Shown in pieces: positions 38,487 to 52,831 of a DNA stretch of 64,000 bases; position 1 is the first letter of the stretch, and the number at the start of each line of letters is the position of its first letter. Origin of the DNA: Tubiluchus corallicola (Eukaryota > Animalia > Priapulida). The stretch covers positions 1 through 64,000 of the forward strand of contig JAQGDQ010000879.1 in assembly GCA_030141605.1 (NCBI GenBank). The letters run 5' to 3'. Position numbers and translations under genes: made by a program. The notes below the pieces were generated by a model. It did not search any database, had not been told where the DNA came from, and worked only from the letters and a program-made list of their open reading frames with translations.

Positions 38487-40158
38487 GAAAAAAGCTTTTC
38501 ATATCTGGCACTAAACTGTGAAAACTGCGCGAAACCAGTGATAAAACGTAAATAGAATATGAGAAAAAAGTGTAAAACTTCTGCTTTCCGATTTTTATTT
38601 TATATAATGAGTTGCTTGTACCTGAATTGTTGCACCACGATTCTGAATTTATACCTGTCTTATGCTGGTTCATTCCCTGGACGCAATTTAACTGTGTAAT
38701 AACTCAGGATTATATTGACTGCAGTGTTTAGTTTCACCCGCATGATACTTTCCCTTTCATATTTGATCACTGACATTTTACCTCACGTCAAAAATAAAAC
38801 ATTTTTGCCGTGGACGCCAACGTTAACGTTATGGACATTGTTAATTATTGTTATAGTAATTATGCTGCTTCCTTGTATGATCCTTATTTAAGCAAGTATG
38901 TTTTCAAACGATATTTTGTAAGGCGTTCTTTGCATATTTTCTGGCAGGTGGTCCTCTAGCAGTCTTTTGGCCTTACCACAATTGTTCAAAGCTATATATC
39001 TCTGGCGAACTCCAACAGATTGATGCCATTGACATGGGAATCTAGTTAGCTGCTATTGCTAAAAGTGGTCAACACCAAATTAGGCCTACAGGTTACAGTT
39101 CACCGTGTCCAGCTCTTAGCAGTACATTTACGCTGGAATTATAATCAATAGAGTCGAATTCGTCTCATTGAGAGATTCCACATTATCAGTGAAAGGTCAC
39201 TTAAAATTATGAAAACAGTTTTCTACTGTAGCCATTTGTGAAGATTTGTGTGCCGCACTGATGTTGGTATACCTACTTCTATCAGTATTTTCTTTTTTAA
39301 AATTTTGAGCATGAATTTTGTTGAACTCACGGCTTTATGGTGCGATGATTTATGTACGTTTGCACTCTTAAAAAATGTTTATTCTTATACCTAAAAACAG
39401 TTTTAAAATAATTAAAAACGGTTTGAATTAACAGCAAAGTGCATAATTTTGAACTGCTCTTTTTTCCAATGAGCATGCAGGTTTACGGAAGTGTCTGCAA
39501 TCTGTTGTTATAGCAGTTTGTAACAATTCCGCTGTCTCCAAGGAAATCTTACGATTTCTTGCTGCTTAACTACAGGCAACTGTTTCCAGCACTATAATGT
39601 GTCCCTTGTGGACATTCTGCTTGATTATTACTATTAATAATAAAATATACATAATAAGTAAAACGATATACATCATACGCGAGAAAGGGGAGCTCGGTGA
39701 TGCGTATGTTACATAATTTATTAAGACCACGTAATAACTTTACAGTAATGAACTTTCGCAGACTAGCTGGTTTTGTTACTTCCTCACTTCGTTGTTTTGG
39801 AAAAAACTTCTATGTCATACGATGCAATTGAGTATTACGCACGCATCACAATGAGCCAAATAACAACAGTGAGTTAACAAGTCAATGAAAACTAAAACTA
39901 GTTTATTAGAAAGACAGTACAAAAGGTTTGTTTTGCCTAAATGCGTCTCCAGACGGCGTTTTTCTTCTGCATCAAGACCAAAATGTCTTCTTGTGTTCTG
40001 ACAAACATACCAATACACAGTCGCAGTCGATACTAAGTAAAGCCAACTCTTGCTCATTGACACCCACTACTGTACAGAATAGTTAACAAAGGGGAAAACA
40101 CGAAAACCGAGTGGCCGTTTCGTCTCTAGTCTTAAGACACTGTTATACGTACCTGACT

Positions 40159-40246
40159 ACATATCCTGGATCGAAGTTATTAAATAATATTAAATAAAAT
40201 TAGTTTTAAATTAATTAATACTTAATAATTTCGATCAAGGATATGT
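40159..40246. other. Inverted repeat with 28-bp arms around an AT-rich spacer (small palindromic element)
   Basis: ACATATCCTGGATCGAAGTTATTAAATA versus the reverse complement of the right arm, ACATATCCTTGATCGAAATTATTAAGTA (25/28). Confidence 0.88.
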
Positions 40247-41875
40247 GCGTCATGGCAAGGTTTTATATGAAAGATTATCTATAGTTACCTGACGACCAGA
40301 ACGCAGCTCTTCAATGGAAAAGTCTACCTCTGCACGAGCTTGTAAAAATACAATAGTTGTGTTCCAGTGTCTTTGAATCAAAGTTCAACACGAAAAGTTG
40401 TGCAACCTGCATCCTTGAACTCAGATCTTGCTTAGTGGCAAAACAAATCTGACTCTTAGTACTGAGGTTACATCTATTTATATGTACAAAAATACATGTA
40501 AAAAGACTTGTGCATGGTCAATTTAAAAGATTTATGTAAGCACCAACAAGGTTTTAAACAACTAATATGCACAGGCTAAACGTTGTGGCTATAATAATCA
40601 AGAACCCTACTAACTATCAACTTTAACAAAATAGGCCTACTATTCAGCCAACCGCTTTTTGTATATATAATAATAATGCTGAAGTATATTATATTCTTAC
40701 GTTATAGATTATAGAACAACGTCAGATTTCAAATTTGAAAAATAGAAAGCTAGCTACCTTGGAAAAGACAGCATGGTTCTAATTAATTTTTAAAGAGACC
40801 AGTTTTTTGTGAGATCTTCCACATGTTTGATCCACCGGCAACATTTGTCTATGCTTAACTTTATTCTGCACGGGCATTTACTGTCCTACATGTGAGCAAA
40901 CTTCCGGGCCGTTTAACAGTGGCCAGTTAAAGCGCCTGATTGGCCATTTGTAAGGTGGATCCCCGCTGGATGATTGAAGTTTCACGATCTCTCTATTCAG
41001 CAGAGAGATAGTCACATAGGATGATGGCAAACAGTGCATCAGAACAACAAATGCCCAGATGATAGAAAAATTTTACACCCACACGACACAATACTTCCTC
41101 CTTATGGCTTTCGATGCTACATTTTAATCTCAGAAGAAACAAGCTTCTTAGCGGTGAGTCTCACTGACGATTGACTTCCGAGTTGATGAGTATCTACTAA
41201 AGTACCATATAATTATCATTACCGTAAATGTCCACGTGCATCATAAATTACCGTAGAAGTTTGCTTCTTTTTCCATCAAGAAATGCATGTGTATGATGCT
41301 GCATTGGTAAACAACTAATGTTCTACTCTTGTCAACAAGCTTTTGTTTCATTTACATGTTATTCTGCCCAACTCATGACTGGACAACTAAACAGATTATA
41401 ATGGTGCAATATTGACGAGTAGGCCTATAAGTATCGTAAATTACATACTTTAATTACACATGTATATTAAACATTTGTCTAATTCCTGCGCCTAGCATAC
41501 AAACAACGTATGATACGAAACTAAATTCTGCGTGTATAAATGACATGTCTTCAGGTTCCATATGCTTGAGTGTATAGCATTTATATCTGTGTTCAATGTG
41601 GCATTATTGATGCTGAATAGTAGCCTAAGTTTGTAATAAATACGAAGCCCCCATTAATGGAAAGTGTCCAGATTTTTATTGCTTTAATAATGGCTGACAC
41701 TTTGTTAAATGTTGCTATTACAAGACGAAGCTTTTCAGTATTTAGAGTGATGGTGTGAGAATGACAAATTCCGATGATCTTGGTTTTCTACTACAAGTTC
41801 TACTGCCGTACAATTTGATAAAATCGAATTAGACGAACTCGCTTTTATGAACACTTTAATTAGCATTTCACCTCA

Positions 41876-43207
41876 AGGGAATCCAATCTCTTTCCCGCTT
41901 ATCGGGAATTATCCCAAGAATTGTATTCCCGTGAAATTTAAGTTGCTATGGGCAGCCACGATATAAACTTGTATAGTTTTCAACGCTTACATTTTAACGT
42001 TCGTATGATGTGTCCTATTGCTACGTGGTTCTGTGTAGATTCTGTATTTAGAACACGTTGCGCTAAGCAAATGTCTTCTTATGTAAATAAGTATTATGGC
42101 CATTGGCGAGCCTTGGCAAAGCCTGTAACTTGTCTAGTTATTGATTGTTAGCTGAATATGCGTAGGGGATATATAGGTGAGGCTGTTTTGATTGGCTTAT
42201 TAATCATTAGCGACCTGGCTGCCATTTACGATCAATTAATTTTTATTAGCGGGACGGAGAGCTGTGAGGAAGCAAGCATTTTCTAGTACGGGGTGCTTGC
42301 ACGTATAAGCAGTAATTATACTGCAAGGTCTTGGCAACACACTGCAATTAAAAACTTATTGATTCCATAATAGCCTGGAAAACGCTTTTGTTTTTGACAC
42401 ACTCTTCTTTTCTAAATTACCAATTAACATTTTCGACGATCAATAGAACACTTTAAAGAAATGTTAATCGTGTCAGTTCGACCCGGTTGAAGTCTACACG
42501 TAATACATAAAACGCTGCCTGAAATTAATGTGACTATTCGGGAAAGTAATGATTTGAAGACTTTAATGAAATACAGAGCCGAATAAAGTGTCTAGAACTT
42601 AGGTTTTTGCAAGTCACAACAAAGCAGAATTTCCATTTCAGTGTAAATTGAACTGTGTGTGAATAAATGTGTGTTTCCTTTTTGCACGCGTGGTCCGTCA
42701 TACTTGTATCTCAAAGCTATTTGTACGATTCTCGTGACCTTCAAAAGTTCCAGTAGTATTTAGAGGAATTCCCATACTTTTTACATGAAGTCCAAAACAT
42801 GCAGTGATTTCAGTCAGGTAATGCATAACTATGGTAAAAAAATTGGGCACTCCTGGTAGACTCAAAGATAAACCCATTATAAAAGTACAATAAATTCACG
42901 CGAAATACATTTCACGTTGCAATTTTTCTGGAGTTTAGGGCTATAAGCCTCCATACATACCCTTGGAACAGGCTTGGCTAAGATATGGGTTAAAAAACGT
43001 GTGGATTAAATTTCTGTGGATTAAATTTGTTGTTGTTTCTCTCAGTCACAAAAAAGAGTATTTCTATTGCTTTAGACACTGACGGTCATAAATCACTTTT
43101 CCTTTATTTCCCATTTCCCCCACGGGAATCCAATCCTTTTCCCATTTTTCTGGAGCTATCCTATGAATTGCATTCTTTTGCAAGCCGTATGAAATTTAAG
43201 TCGCTTT
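41876..43207 (+). repeat. Pair of short diverged repeat fragments (about 41876-41947 and about 43124-43207)
   Basis: Both contain GGGAATCCAATC..TTTCCC...TATCC..GAATTG.ATTC...TGAAATTTAAGT.GCT. Confidence 0.7.
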
Positions 43208-44774
43208 AGACAGTCATGATACATCTACCAGCCAAGTTCGTAAGTACATTTACAGGCACTCACCAGTATCAGAGAGAATGTACATTAATAATTAATAATT
43301 AATGTATACATAATTGACTGCGCTGAATTAATCAATCGTTTGACTATATTTCATCTATTATTTTTATGTTATTTTCAAATTGTGAATTTTTGTGTAAGAT
43401 ATTGTTAAATTGTACTTGGCTTTTGGAATAAATAAATTTTTGGAATAAATAACGAACGTTATAGTTGTCGCCATTCAAATCAGCGTCACCGCTACTGTAA
43501 CATAATAGTAAACAGTACATAGTGAATAGTGAGTATTGTTACTAATAGTAAGTTAATGTGAATTATTACAGCTAAATGGGATGTAATGCATGCAACGTTT
43601 CCATATTCCTTACTTCGTCTAACTCCTTTATTATAGTTTATTCTGTTCGGTTCGACCAGTGTGTTCCAGGAAGCAAGACTAATTAGGTCTTTGGAGAAAA
43701 ATGTTCCAGCTGCTAACATGCATTATTACATGGCTTATTACTACAACAATAACATGTTATTGCAAGGTAACATAAGTCGAATTGGTCTGGTCGGTACAAC
43801 GTCGTGTCATCATCCATCACGGTGCACGGCCTGCGCCGACTCCGGATCGCAGAGCTAGTCAATAATCTTTTGGGACTACTCACAGGTATTGTGTGCAGCG
43901 TTTAATAGTGTCCCTGTTGTCAGATTTATACAAAGCAAGTCATATAGTGAGCGCACATGTCACATGCTATCCTAGTGCTTGTATTCGCGTGTTCATTGAA
44001 CATCATTTTTTGACAAGATCACACTGAATCAGTTACTCTTCCCGTCACAATTTGTGCTGCGCAGCATTTAAAAGACCAGTGCAGCAATTGCGCGTGAATT
44101 TGCTTGTTATCTACCAGTCGATTTTTTTTGTCAGGGGACACATATGTGGACTTTGAGTGCTGTGCCAAGGGTTTAATCATTGACATGAGTCAGACGTTTT
44201 CTGTGGCTTCGCTGCTTTATTACTATAGCAGTCAAAACGCGTGAAAGAGTATTCAACCGTGTCGCGGTGCCTGGCTTCGCTTTTATGCAGTGCAAGCTGG
44301 TACTGTATTGTTTATTCGTACGCCTGTGGTGCAATTATATTACCATTGGAATTAGATTGATATGCTTTCAATTTTGTCGTGTTGAAGGAACTTATTACAG
44401 GCAAATAATAGTTGTTATTTGAATACTGTAGCAGGAATAAAAAGCGGATAAATCTGGTTTTATTTCCACTTTCAAATTTTGCATACATTTCATTTTTTGC
44501 ATAGAATTAGTTTGCTTTATTATCATAATTGAAAAGAAATGTTTTAAAAGACAAGCTTGCGGTAAACGTGTAAAAATTCAAGTATAGTGCAAGGCGCACA
44601 AGCTACATGATATCTGTTCAAGTTTACAATGATTGAATAGTTACATTTTTCAAAGAGAATCTATGCCCAATTTATCTGACTCAAAGAAAATTTTTTACAA
44701 AAACTTGCATTTTATGTAATTGATGTGGCCAGTTAAACTCTGCATTCATCTTTCTCTGTATTGCTACGTTTGAA

Positions 44775-45326
44775 GTTTTCGTCTGTAAGATAAATGGAAG
44801 GAAAAACTTCGATGTGCATTTTACATGGCAGCGCTACGTGGCAGGTGCTACTGAAATTGGTGTTTCCTCTTACAAACCTCAGAAACTGATTAGTTTTCGA
44901 TGCCTTTAACTTTTTTTAATTAGGGCTTATTTAATTATATGTATATACATATTTAATACGCATGTACATAATTAATATATATAATATACATTATGTGTAC
45001 TTGCCAGTGAGCCTTGCTTACCTACAAGGCGCCTTATTACTTCAACCGACGTTGACTTTTTAAACCTTTGTACAATAACGCAAAGTTTTTTAAAGCTTCG
45101 TATAATATTGAAAAGTCAAACTAGTTCAAACTATAATATTCACATAGTGGACATCATCTGCCGAGTAAAAACTAAGTAAAGAAAATTTAAGACTAAATTA
45201 AAACTAGTCATTGTACGCAGTGACTAGTCAAAATAAATACAAGCCTAAAGTTTTCTTCTGTAAGATAAATAGAAATCAAAACTTCGATGTGCTTGGTAGC
45301 GCTAGGTGGCAGGTGCTACTGAAATT
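44775..45326 (+). repeat. Pair of approximately 80-bp direct repeats (about 44775-44858 and about 45250-45326)
   Basis: Both contain GTTTTC.TCTGTAAGATAAAT...AAAACTTCGATGTGC...AGCGCTA.GTGGCAGGTGCTACTGAAATT. Confidence 0.85.
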
Positions 45327-46778
45327 AAATATGATTGTGTGCAATGACTCATTTTAATTTAGTCTTTATTTCTCATTACTTAGTTTTCATGACAAATTTA
45401 ATGGGATCTTATTTTTAACATAATTATTAGTTCTGTTTTAAAACAACTTTGCTCGAACTTTTACCAGAAACAATATCAGGCTTAATAGCCCATTCACTGC
45501 AGGTAAAAATCTTGAAGCTGTGTAGGAGTTGCTACACTTCACGTATGCGTGTTTTTGCACAATTACAATTGAAATCGATAGCAATTACGGCGAGATTGTG
45601 CAACTCGACTTGTTAAATTTATCCCTTATAGCCTTGTACTCACTATGCACAAGTGATTTATTTCTCTCTAGTGTCCATTAAAAGCAAGTTTACTACGTGG
45701 GATAGAAACATTAAAATAATCTCGGTGTGCCGTATAAAACTAAAACTAATAAATCAAATTATCTGATTTCAATTCTCCTCATAAAAATAAGTTATTCACC
45801 TGCGGCTGCTAATTTATCGCTCCTCAGCCACAAGCTATCTTTATGCCAATATATTAAATTGAGTAATTATGTTAAAGATTCTAACGTCGCACAGTACTAT
45901 AGACATTTCAGAATTTTACGGCATTGCTTGTGAGTCCAGCGGTAGACTAAATTTTGTTACAAAAACACCGAACTGACGAGAAAGGCGATACAGATTAGTT
46001 TTACAAACTGGCACTGATGAGAACATTTTTTTGAGTTTACAGTTTTAACTGAACTGATTCCATCCATGACGATTAAAATTGAGTACCGATACCAAATGCC
46101 AGTACCGAAACAAGATATTATCTACAGTTATCGGTTTCTTATCGAATAAATTTTTACCTGGGTTACTGTTCAACGGGAATTGACTTCTAGATCAGCCAAT
46201 AAAAACTAACAGTGTGCGGAAATTTACTTATGACCTGTTATGGGAATAAAAACCAAAATTCCGTATAGAAAACTCAGTGAATGACGTTTGAATCGGTTAC
46301 CGATAGATCAGCTGTTTCTAAAAATCGGCACAACGCATCACCATCTTAGGTTAGGGCGGTTGTGTTTATTCGTAGTTGTTGTTTTAATAGTTGGTCTCTT
46401 TGAGCAAAAAAACCGTAATAAATGTATCAGCAAACGTTTTTGGTATGATTTTCAAAAGGGACGACTGTAATAGTAATTATTGTCGCACGACTGCTATTGA
46501 CACTCTTGACGTTCGATCAATTTAATACCTGACGAGTTGGCCAGATGCTTATAGGAGGTATATACTAATACATGCATATGTGCATACAACTTCGCAGATT
46601 AAATTGATAGGAAAAGTGAAGAAATCAAGTCTTTTTCTTTATTTATTTATAAAATTAATATTGTGTACGTTTTTTTGGAATATCAGTCGTATTGCAGTGC
46701 TTGTGATTAGTATGTACTCGTAATTTTAAATCAAAATGCTGGTGTTAAGATTATGTACATTGTGAATATTTATAATCA

Positions 46779-47312
46779 TATTACTTAACGTTACGCTTAC
46801 CTGTTTGAAAGACTTATGTAATTGAGAAAGTCTTGGTAATTTAAAATTATCCCGGCACTGTATCGCCATCCCAGTGTGTTCCTCTGATTCACCAATTCAA
46901 GAGTGTGCTACCAATACTCTAAATATTTTTTCAAAACTTACGCAAATTTATCTAAACTTTTCAAACGACTTACTGTAAAAATGGCTTCGCCTAATAGTCG
47001 TCGCAGATATTAAACTTAAGTCGCGTTTACGTAGCATCCGGATGCGGATGCGTTTTGGGTTGTGCGGAATAGATAAAACCAGCTTATATTGTTTTCAATG
47101 CACCATTTATGCAGTTTGCCTAAACGTTATTCTTTTTCTGCAACTGTTTCTGTTAATTTTTCCGTGGGCTATTCCGCAGGCCGTTCCGCAGGTGAAAAAC
47201 GCATTCGCATACGCATCCACTTTACAGTTTTATTACCGCTAACGCAAGCCGCGTACTGCAATAAGACAGCATGTAAGTGATATAAAATTTCAAGATGATT
47301 TTTTAAGTTTTG
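46779..47312 (+). mobile_element. Old dispersed repeat, homologous to 48963-49376, interrupted by a MITE
   Basis: Shared blocks in the same order: ATATTACTTA...CGCTTACCTG.TTGAAAGACTTATGTA; TCTAAACTT..TCAAA.GA.TTA...AAAATGGCT; ATGTAAG.GATATAAAA.TT..AAGA.GA.TTTTT. Confidence 0.7.
47019..47252 (+). mobile_element. PIF/Harbinger-like MITE, copy 1 (right end degraded)
   Basis: ACGTAGCATCCGGATGCGGATGCGTTTTGGG..GTGCGGAATAGATAAAACCAGCTTAT is shared with 52631-52831. Confidence 0.85.
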
Positions 47313-48962
47313 AAAAACGTTTTTAATGCTTTAAAAGAATAGGTTAGTTTATCCAACAATCTTCTGAGGGGGAATGAGGGAGCACTTCATAGTAAAAGAT
47401 CTTGTTTAGTGAATTTTTTCGCACAGTGTATACGCATTTCCAAACGCTGCCTGTTTTTATTTTGTTTTCTTTGTTTTTATTCTATTTTCGTTCGTTTTGT
47501 TTTTAATCCTGCATCTTTTCTAGAATTTTTGCGTTTTCGGCATTATTTAAGTTACCAAGTTTTGGCTGTTCTTTATTACCGTCTTTATATATAAATTGCT
47601 AATCCCCTAATTTTTTATATGACTAGGGAAGCTTAAGAGGCAACAGTAATGCACGTTATAGGAAGCGCTTTAACCAAAACTGATCAATAAAAAGTAACCC
47701 AAAGTAAAATATAAGACGATATTGGTTTTACACATTAGCTAAAAAGTTATAGGGGACAAGCAAAGTACGTGGCATAAAGTAAGGGTTTAGGCTCCACCAT
47801 TTCTTCTGTATAATAATAGATCATATAGTTGTAATGGTCTATCACACTATCAAGAAATTTATTTATTATAGTGAATTAATTAGGTTGAATAAAAAGAGTT
47901 TCCATGGTAGCCGCATAATCGGCGTGGGTGTAAATTACCTATTTAAATGTGACACTGTGCAGTATTGCAAATGTAGCTGATACTCCTCATTCATTTGAGA
48001 GATTGGCTTCACGCACCCGTGTCGCCTTGTAGCAACCACGCTGAATCGTTGATGAGATTACGGTATGAAGATTAAACAGAACTTGAGTGTCTTCATTGAT
48101 GATAGACTAGAGGCGATTGGACATTCTAGGATTTATCGGTACAAGAGAAGGCTTTCATGGGAGATGTAACCTAGCAGTTTGTTCGTTCTATTGGCAGTCA
48201 AATGATTAGGCATTATTTACTCTACTATTTACATAAATATTACTTGGTTAAATTTGGTTTTCTAGATTGGTGAGAGGCACACCTGCAGTCTTAAAACATC
48301 CCGAAACGAAAAGATAATGCCAAAAATCACAATTTGGCTCAACAATGAACATTAGTGAAAGAATTCTGGCATGAAAGTAATGTCTAAATTGATAATCATG
48401 TTTTTTAATGGCGAAATAGGATGCAGTAATAATTTTTCTCTTCTGTAACGTGTTCTTTTTTATTATTATGCATGTTTCTTGTTATTATGAAAGTTCTAAT
48501 CGAATATTTACCTGGGCATGTAAAAGAGGTCAAATAAAACAGGTCTCGCTTCCTTTCCACCGGGCGGTAACCACGGCTAGCCATTTGCGCCTCCTCATTG
48601 GGACTCTACAAATGCCTTATTTTAGTTTAAGTGTGCATATACGACCAATTTTGTATCCTGTGCTCGTTATAGTTGACTGTTGGTAAAATGCGAGGTACTG
48701 TGTTCTGTTCTGCAGCCCAGGATTAGACAAGAAAAGGGGTACCTGAAGTAGGTTTTAGAAAAATTGCCTTAAAAATTTTATTACTTTATAGCAATTTTAT
48801 GCATATATCGTGCTCACGTTGAAAGAATTTTTTTGTTTGTTTTTTAAATATCGCGCAATACTGTTTCAACCGCGCCATTTCATGACGTCATATACGTACA
48901 GCGTAAATCAAGGGAAGAAACGCAAATCTTAAACTGTCCCAAAAAACCTTCCATGCAAAGTT

Positions 48963-49376
48963 ATATTACTTAGCATTTCGCTTACCTGCTTGAAAGACTT
49001 ATGTAGCTAGAAAAGAAAGTTATTAATTATTTAAAATGTTTTCACCAATTGGTATAATGTTGTTGACTTACCTCCAGGGTGCGCCACTCATTAACCAAAA
49101 ACGTATTTTTAGTCTTGTTGACAAGTAGAGTAATTTAAAATTGTACTTAATTAGTGACGTGTGCTCTACGAATGTTCAGTGTTATCTAAACCTTACTCAG
49201 TGTTATCTAAACTTGTTTCAAATGATTTATCGTCAAAATGGCTACGTCTAGCGGTCATCACTGGAGTCTAAATTTACATGTCTTATACAGCATTACTGCC
49301 GATGCAAGCCCTGTATGCAAAAAGGCAGTATGTAAGAGATATAAAAATTTGAAGACGAATTTTTTTAAAGCTTTTT
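48963..49376 (+). mobile_element. Old dispersed repeat, uninterrupted homologue of 46779-47312
   Basis: Same colinear blocks as 46779-47312, without the MITE. Confidence 0.65.
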
Positions 49377-50192
49377 GTAAATGGAGGGTTTTCTTGCGCT
49401 CTAAACTCGGTTTTTTTAATTTTCGGCCCATGTTTTCTCATTGACATTTTTCAGCAATTACTATTCCAGTTATCGCCGATGTGCCTTGAAAATGTTTATG
49501 CAAAAGACTTTGTTATAAATCTGAAAATTGACACCCAACTTTGAATGGCTTCCTTGAACACAACGACAGAGAAAACCAATAAACAAAAGCTGAATGAACT
49601 TTTTTACCTGTGGCGGAAGCAAATTTTATGCACGGTCAAAGTTGTTTTTATTGTTTTTTTGCACATTTAGTTTCTGCCTAATTTGCCTAATTTGTCATGG
49701 TATCTTGCAATTCTTGACTATCGTGATACAGGGATATGTACCATACAAAATTTTACTTTCGGTAAAGGCTGTATGTATGCATACTGTGGTATAAGTAAAC
49801 TTAGGGGTTATGAATGGCATGGACAGACTAGAAAAACTTATCTTCTGAAAAGTGTACAAAATTGTGAAGCTCATTTTGTCAACTATAGGAACCGGTTGTA
49901 GTTGTTAATCCTCGGAAGTTCTACAATCCTAACTGCATCTTCTTAATAAATGTACCTAATGTTGAGACACCAGTGACAAAAACACGGATATCATGTGGTT
50001 TGTGTTCGCGGTGCTAAAAAGTTGTATGAGTGCGCGCGTATGTGGCCCTTTACAACTAAATAAATAAGTAAATAAACTTCACTGTACTTGTAAAGCTTGC
50101 TTAACCTCCTTTGTGTACTATGTTGAAGAAAGGAGGCGACGAAAAAAATTAAAGCAAAACAAAGTAAACTGTACCACTGAAAACTTGCCAAA

Positions 50193-50326
50193 ATGAGCAC
50201 TAAATCGAGAAAATCACGAACAACCAAGGAAGTGTTGCAGCAACCAAAAGCAATGTTGCATCAACGAATGAGATCAGAGTCAGAGTGTGAGGTGGCTTTC
50301 AATCCAAGCAGATATGACAGTGACAG
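50193..50326 (+). CDS. Candidate alternative first coding exon (MSTKSRKSRTTKEVLQQPKAMLHQRMRSESECEVAFNPSRYDSD, phase-2 donor)
   Basis: CCAAAATGA start context, 44 open codons plus 2 nt, strong donor CAG|GTAAGG. The hydrophilic composition looks protein-like. Confidence 0.6.
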
Positions 50327-50600
50327 GTAAGGACATTGGTTATTGTTTCATGCTACAATGATGTGGTGTCTTCGCTCAGAATTTTGAAGTAAACATTACA
50401 AATATAGCATAGAAATATTTTTGTTATGAATTCTAAAAAAATCTGCTGAAGTCGCTGCTGTAGATGAGCTCAAATTACGTAGCTATAGCTCTAAAAATGT
50501 GGTTATTGACATGCTTATATTTATTTTACATGACAGTATTTTGAAGTTATTATCCCAGTATTGCGTCAAGACAATAACACCGACAAGACAATCATAGACT

Positions 50601-50776
50601 TAAGGCGTTTACCTGATATCTGGAATGCGCATGCGTTATGTGGATGCCGAATAGATAAATCAGTTTCTATTGTTTTCAATGCACCAGTACATCAGCCTGC
50701 GTTGTATGCGTTCTTTCTCCAGCTATTTCCTATTTTCTTTTTTATACTCAGCTATTCCGCAGGTAGATTGCCACTT
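50601..50776 (+). mobile_element. PIF/Harbinger-like MITE, degenerate copy 2
   Basis: GAATAGATAAA.CAG...TTGTTTTCAATGCACC...CAGCTATT.CCTATT...CAGCTATTCCGCAG...GCCACT is shared with 52631-52831. Confidence 0.75.
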
Positions 50777-52630
50777 AATGCACAGAATCTTAACTGAATG
50801 TAACTGACTGGCGAAAAACCTAGGATAGATTAAAGATATGATTGTGGCATGACTCTTTATGTAAACCAGAATTCCGTGACAGATAGTGTTTCATTAGAAA
50901 AATGCTGTAGCAAGGATTTCGCTTAGCTTCGTAGCAAGTTTTAGGTAAGAAACTATGACAGAAGAAAGTGCAAATTGACACCCATTTTGCCAGACTGTCA
51001 GTGTCTAAGCCAAAATTTGGTTAACTTTCTAATATTGGTCATTAACATTTATTTCCACCTAATGACTACAAAGCTAATACCAAACAAAGAATAAATTTGG
51101 AGGATATAAAGTTGCATTTCTCATAATCTTGTGTTAAACGTTAATCGTTGACAGGTTTGAAATTTAACAACGTTCTGTAAAATACAATTAGTTTATTGAA
51201 AAACTAATAAGTTGTTTGACGTACTTGTATTGAACAAGATGAATAGAGTCACTATAGGTATCTAAGCATGTGATGAACATCTTCACAACATACATGGCAA
51301 CCATATTATCCATTCACATTTTCATCGATCATCAGCGAATAAATCTTTAATAGAACGTATTGTGACTGTCAGAAGCGTTATGCTTGATGCCTATACAAAT
51401 ACCGTAAAGCTACTTGCGTTTAGTAAGCTACTTGACTGCGTAAACTCGAGACAGGTAAATTTGATTGTGTTAATGAGTGAGTATTTCAATCGTAATGTTG
51501 TCGAAACTACTGCGTCAGAAGTAACTTCAACTTCGTGAAACGATTGTGTTAATTTAAGACGTTCAGGAAATGAGTTTTTAAGCCACTTGAACCTTGGAAC
51601 GTCGATAAACCGCGGATTTCATTGCTTAGTTACTGTAGATGGTGACCTGCGGATGGAGTTTACTATACAAAGTGTTTCAAGAATAATATTTTTTTAAAAA
51701 GTAATATTTTTTATTTTTGTTGCGCTGAAATAAAATTTGTTTAACCGCGTCTCTCTATCTACCTAACCGTACGAAGTATGGTTTATTCAGCCTGTACTGT
51801 TCAGTGCCGGGTATTGTAAAAACTCACTTTTGTAACTATTACAGCAGTTCTTGGCTTCCGCTACATGCAAAAGCATTTTAAGTTTATTTCTTTTTACAAA
51901 ATAGAAAGCTGAAGCGTGTTAAAAATGTTGGACGCGAATTCGGGGCGTGCTGTAAAATATATTTTTAAACGTAAAGTTGAATGTTGCGGTGAAATTGCGG
52001 TGTCGTATTTTCAGTAGATTCTTGAAAAACTTTGTCAACTCTTTTTGCTATGACAACAATAATAGATGTTTGCTTACACACATCGTTCGTGTTCAATAAA
52101 ATCCCGCGCTAAGTTGTACGTCGGTGTAGTGCGTGCGAACAGTCAAATGAAATGTGCCATCAATGATTAGTGTATCAGTGAAACTTGATTAAGCTGGTGG
52201 CTTGTGGATTAATGCATAATCTCTTCTGCCTGCACGTGATCTTTATCAGAACATATAAAGCTTTCTGCTGAACAACCTAGACTGTCATATTACGTATAAA
52301 ACGTCTGATATAATTGCTTACACGTTAGTGACACGCTGCTGCAAGTTAATGGAATGAAGATGCAAGTTGATCAAACTTGACAGTGCATTTATCAGGTGAC
52401 AGCACTAATCAAGAAAGCAGCAGTCAGCTGTCAACTCATTAACGTTCCTGCTTCAATCCCCGTTACAGTAGTTATTATAACTGAGCGTATTATATCTTCA
52501 CAATCAAACTACTTCATGACAAAATGCTTTACTGCTTGATGAATTAAGGAAAAATCTCAACCTTTTAGTTCAATTTAGTAATGGATTTATTACGTGCAAT
52601 ACCCATATAAGCACGGATGTGCGAAAATAA

Positions 52631-52831
52631 AGTGGCGTTCACGTAGCATCCGGATGCGGATGCGTTTTGGGTGTGCGGAATAGATAAAACCAGCTTATGT
52701 TGTTTTCAATGCACCCGCTTACGCAGCTTGGGTATGCGTTATTCTTTTACAACAGCTATTCCTATTGATTTTTTCCGCAGCTATTCCGCAGATGGAACGC
52801 GTACGCATCCGGATGTTACGCAAGCGCCACT
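52631..52831 (+). mobile_element. PIF/Harbinger-like MITE, complete copy 3 (201 bp)
   Basis: 28-bp TIRs AGTGGCGTTCACGTAGCATCCGGATGCG / reverse complement AGTGGCGCTTGCGTAACATCCGGATGCG. Flanked by TAA and CAA, consistent with a mutated 3-bp TSD. Superfamily is inferred. Confidence 0.85.
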
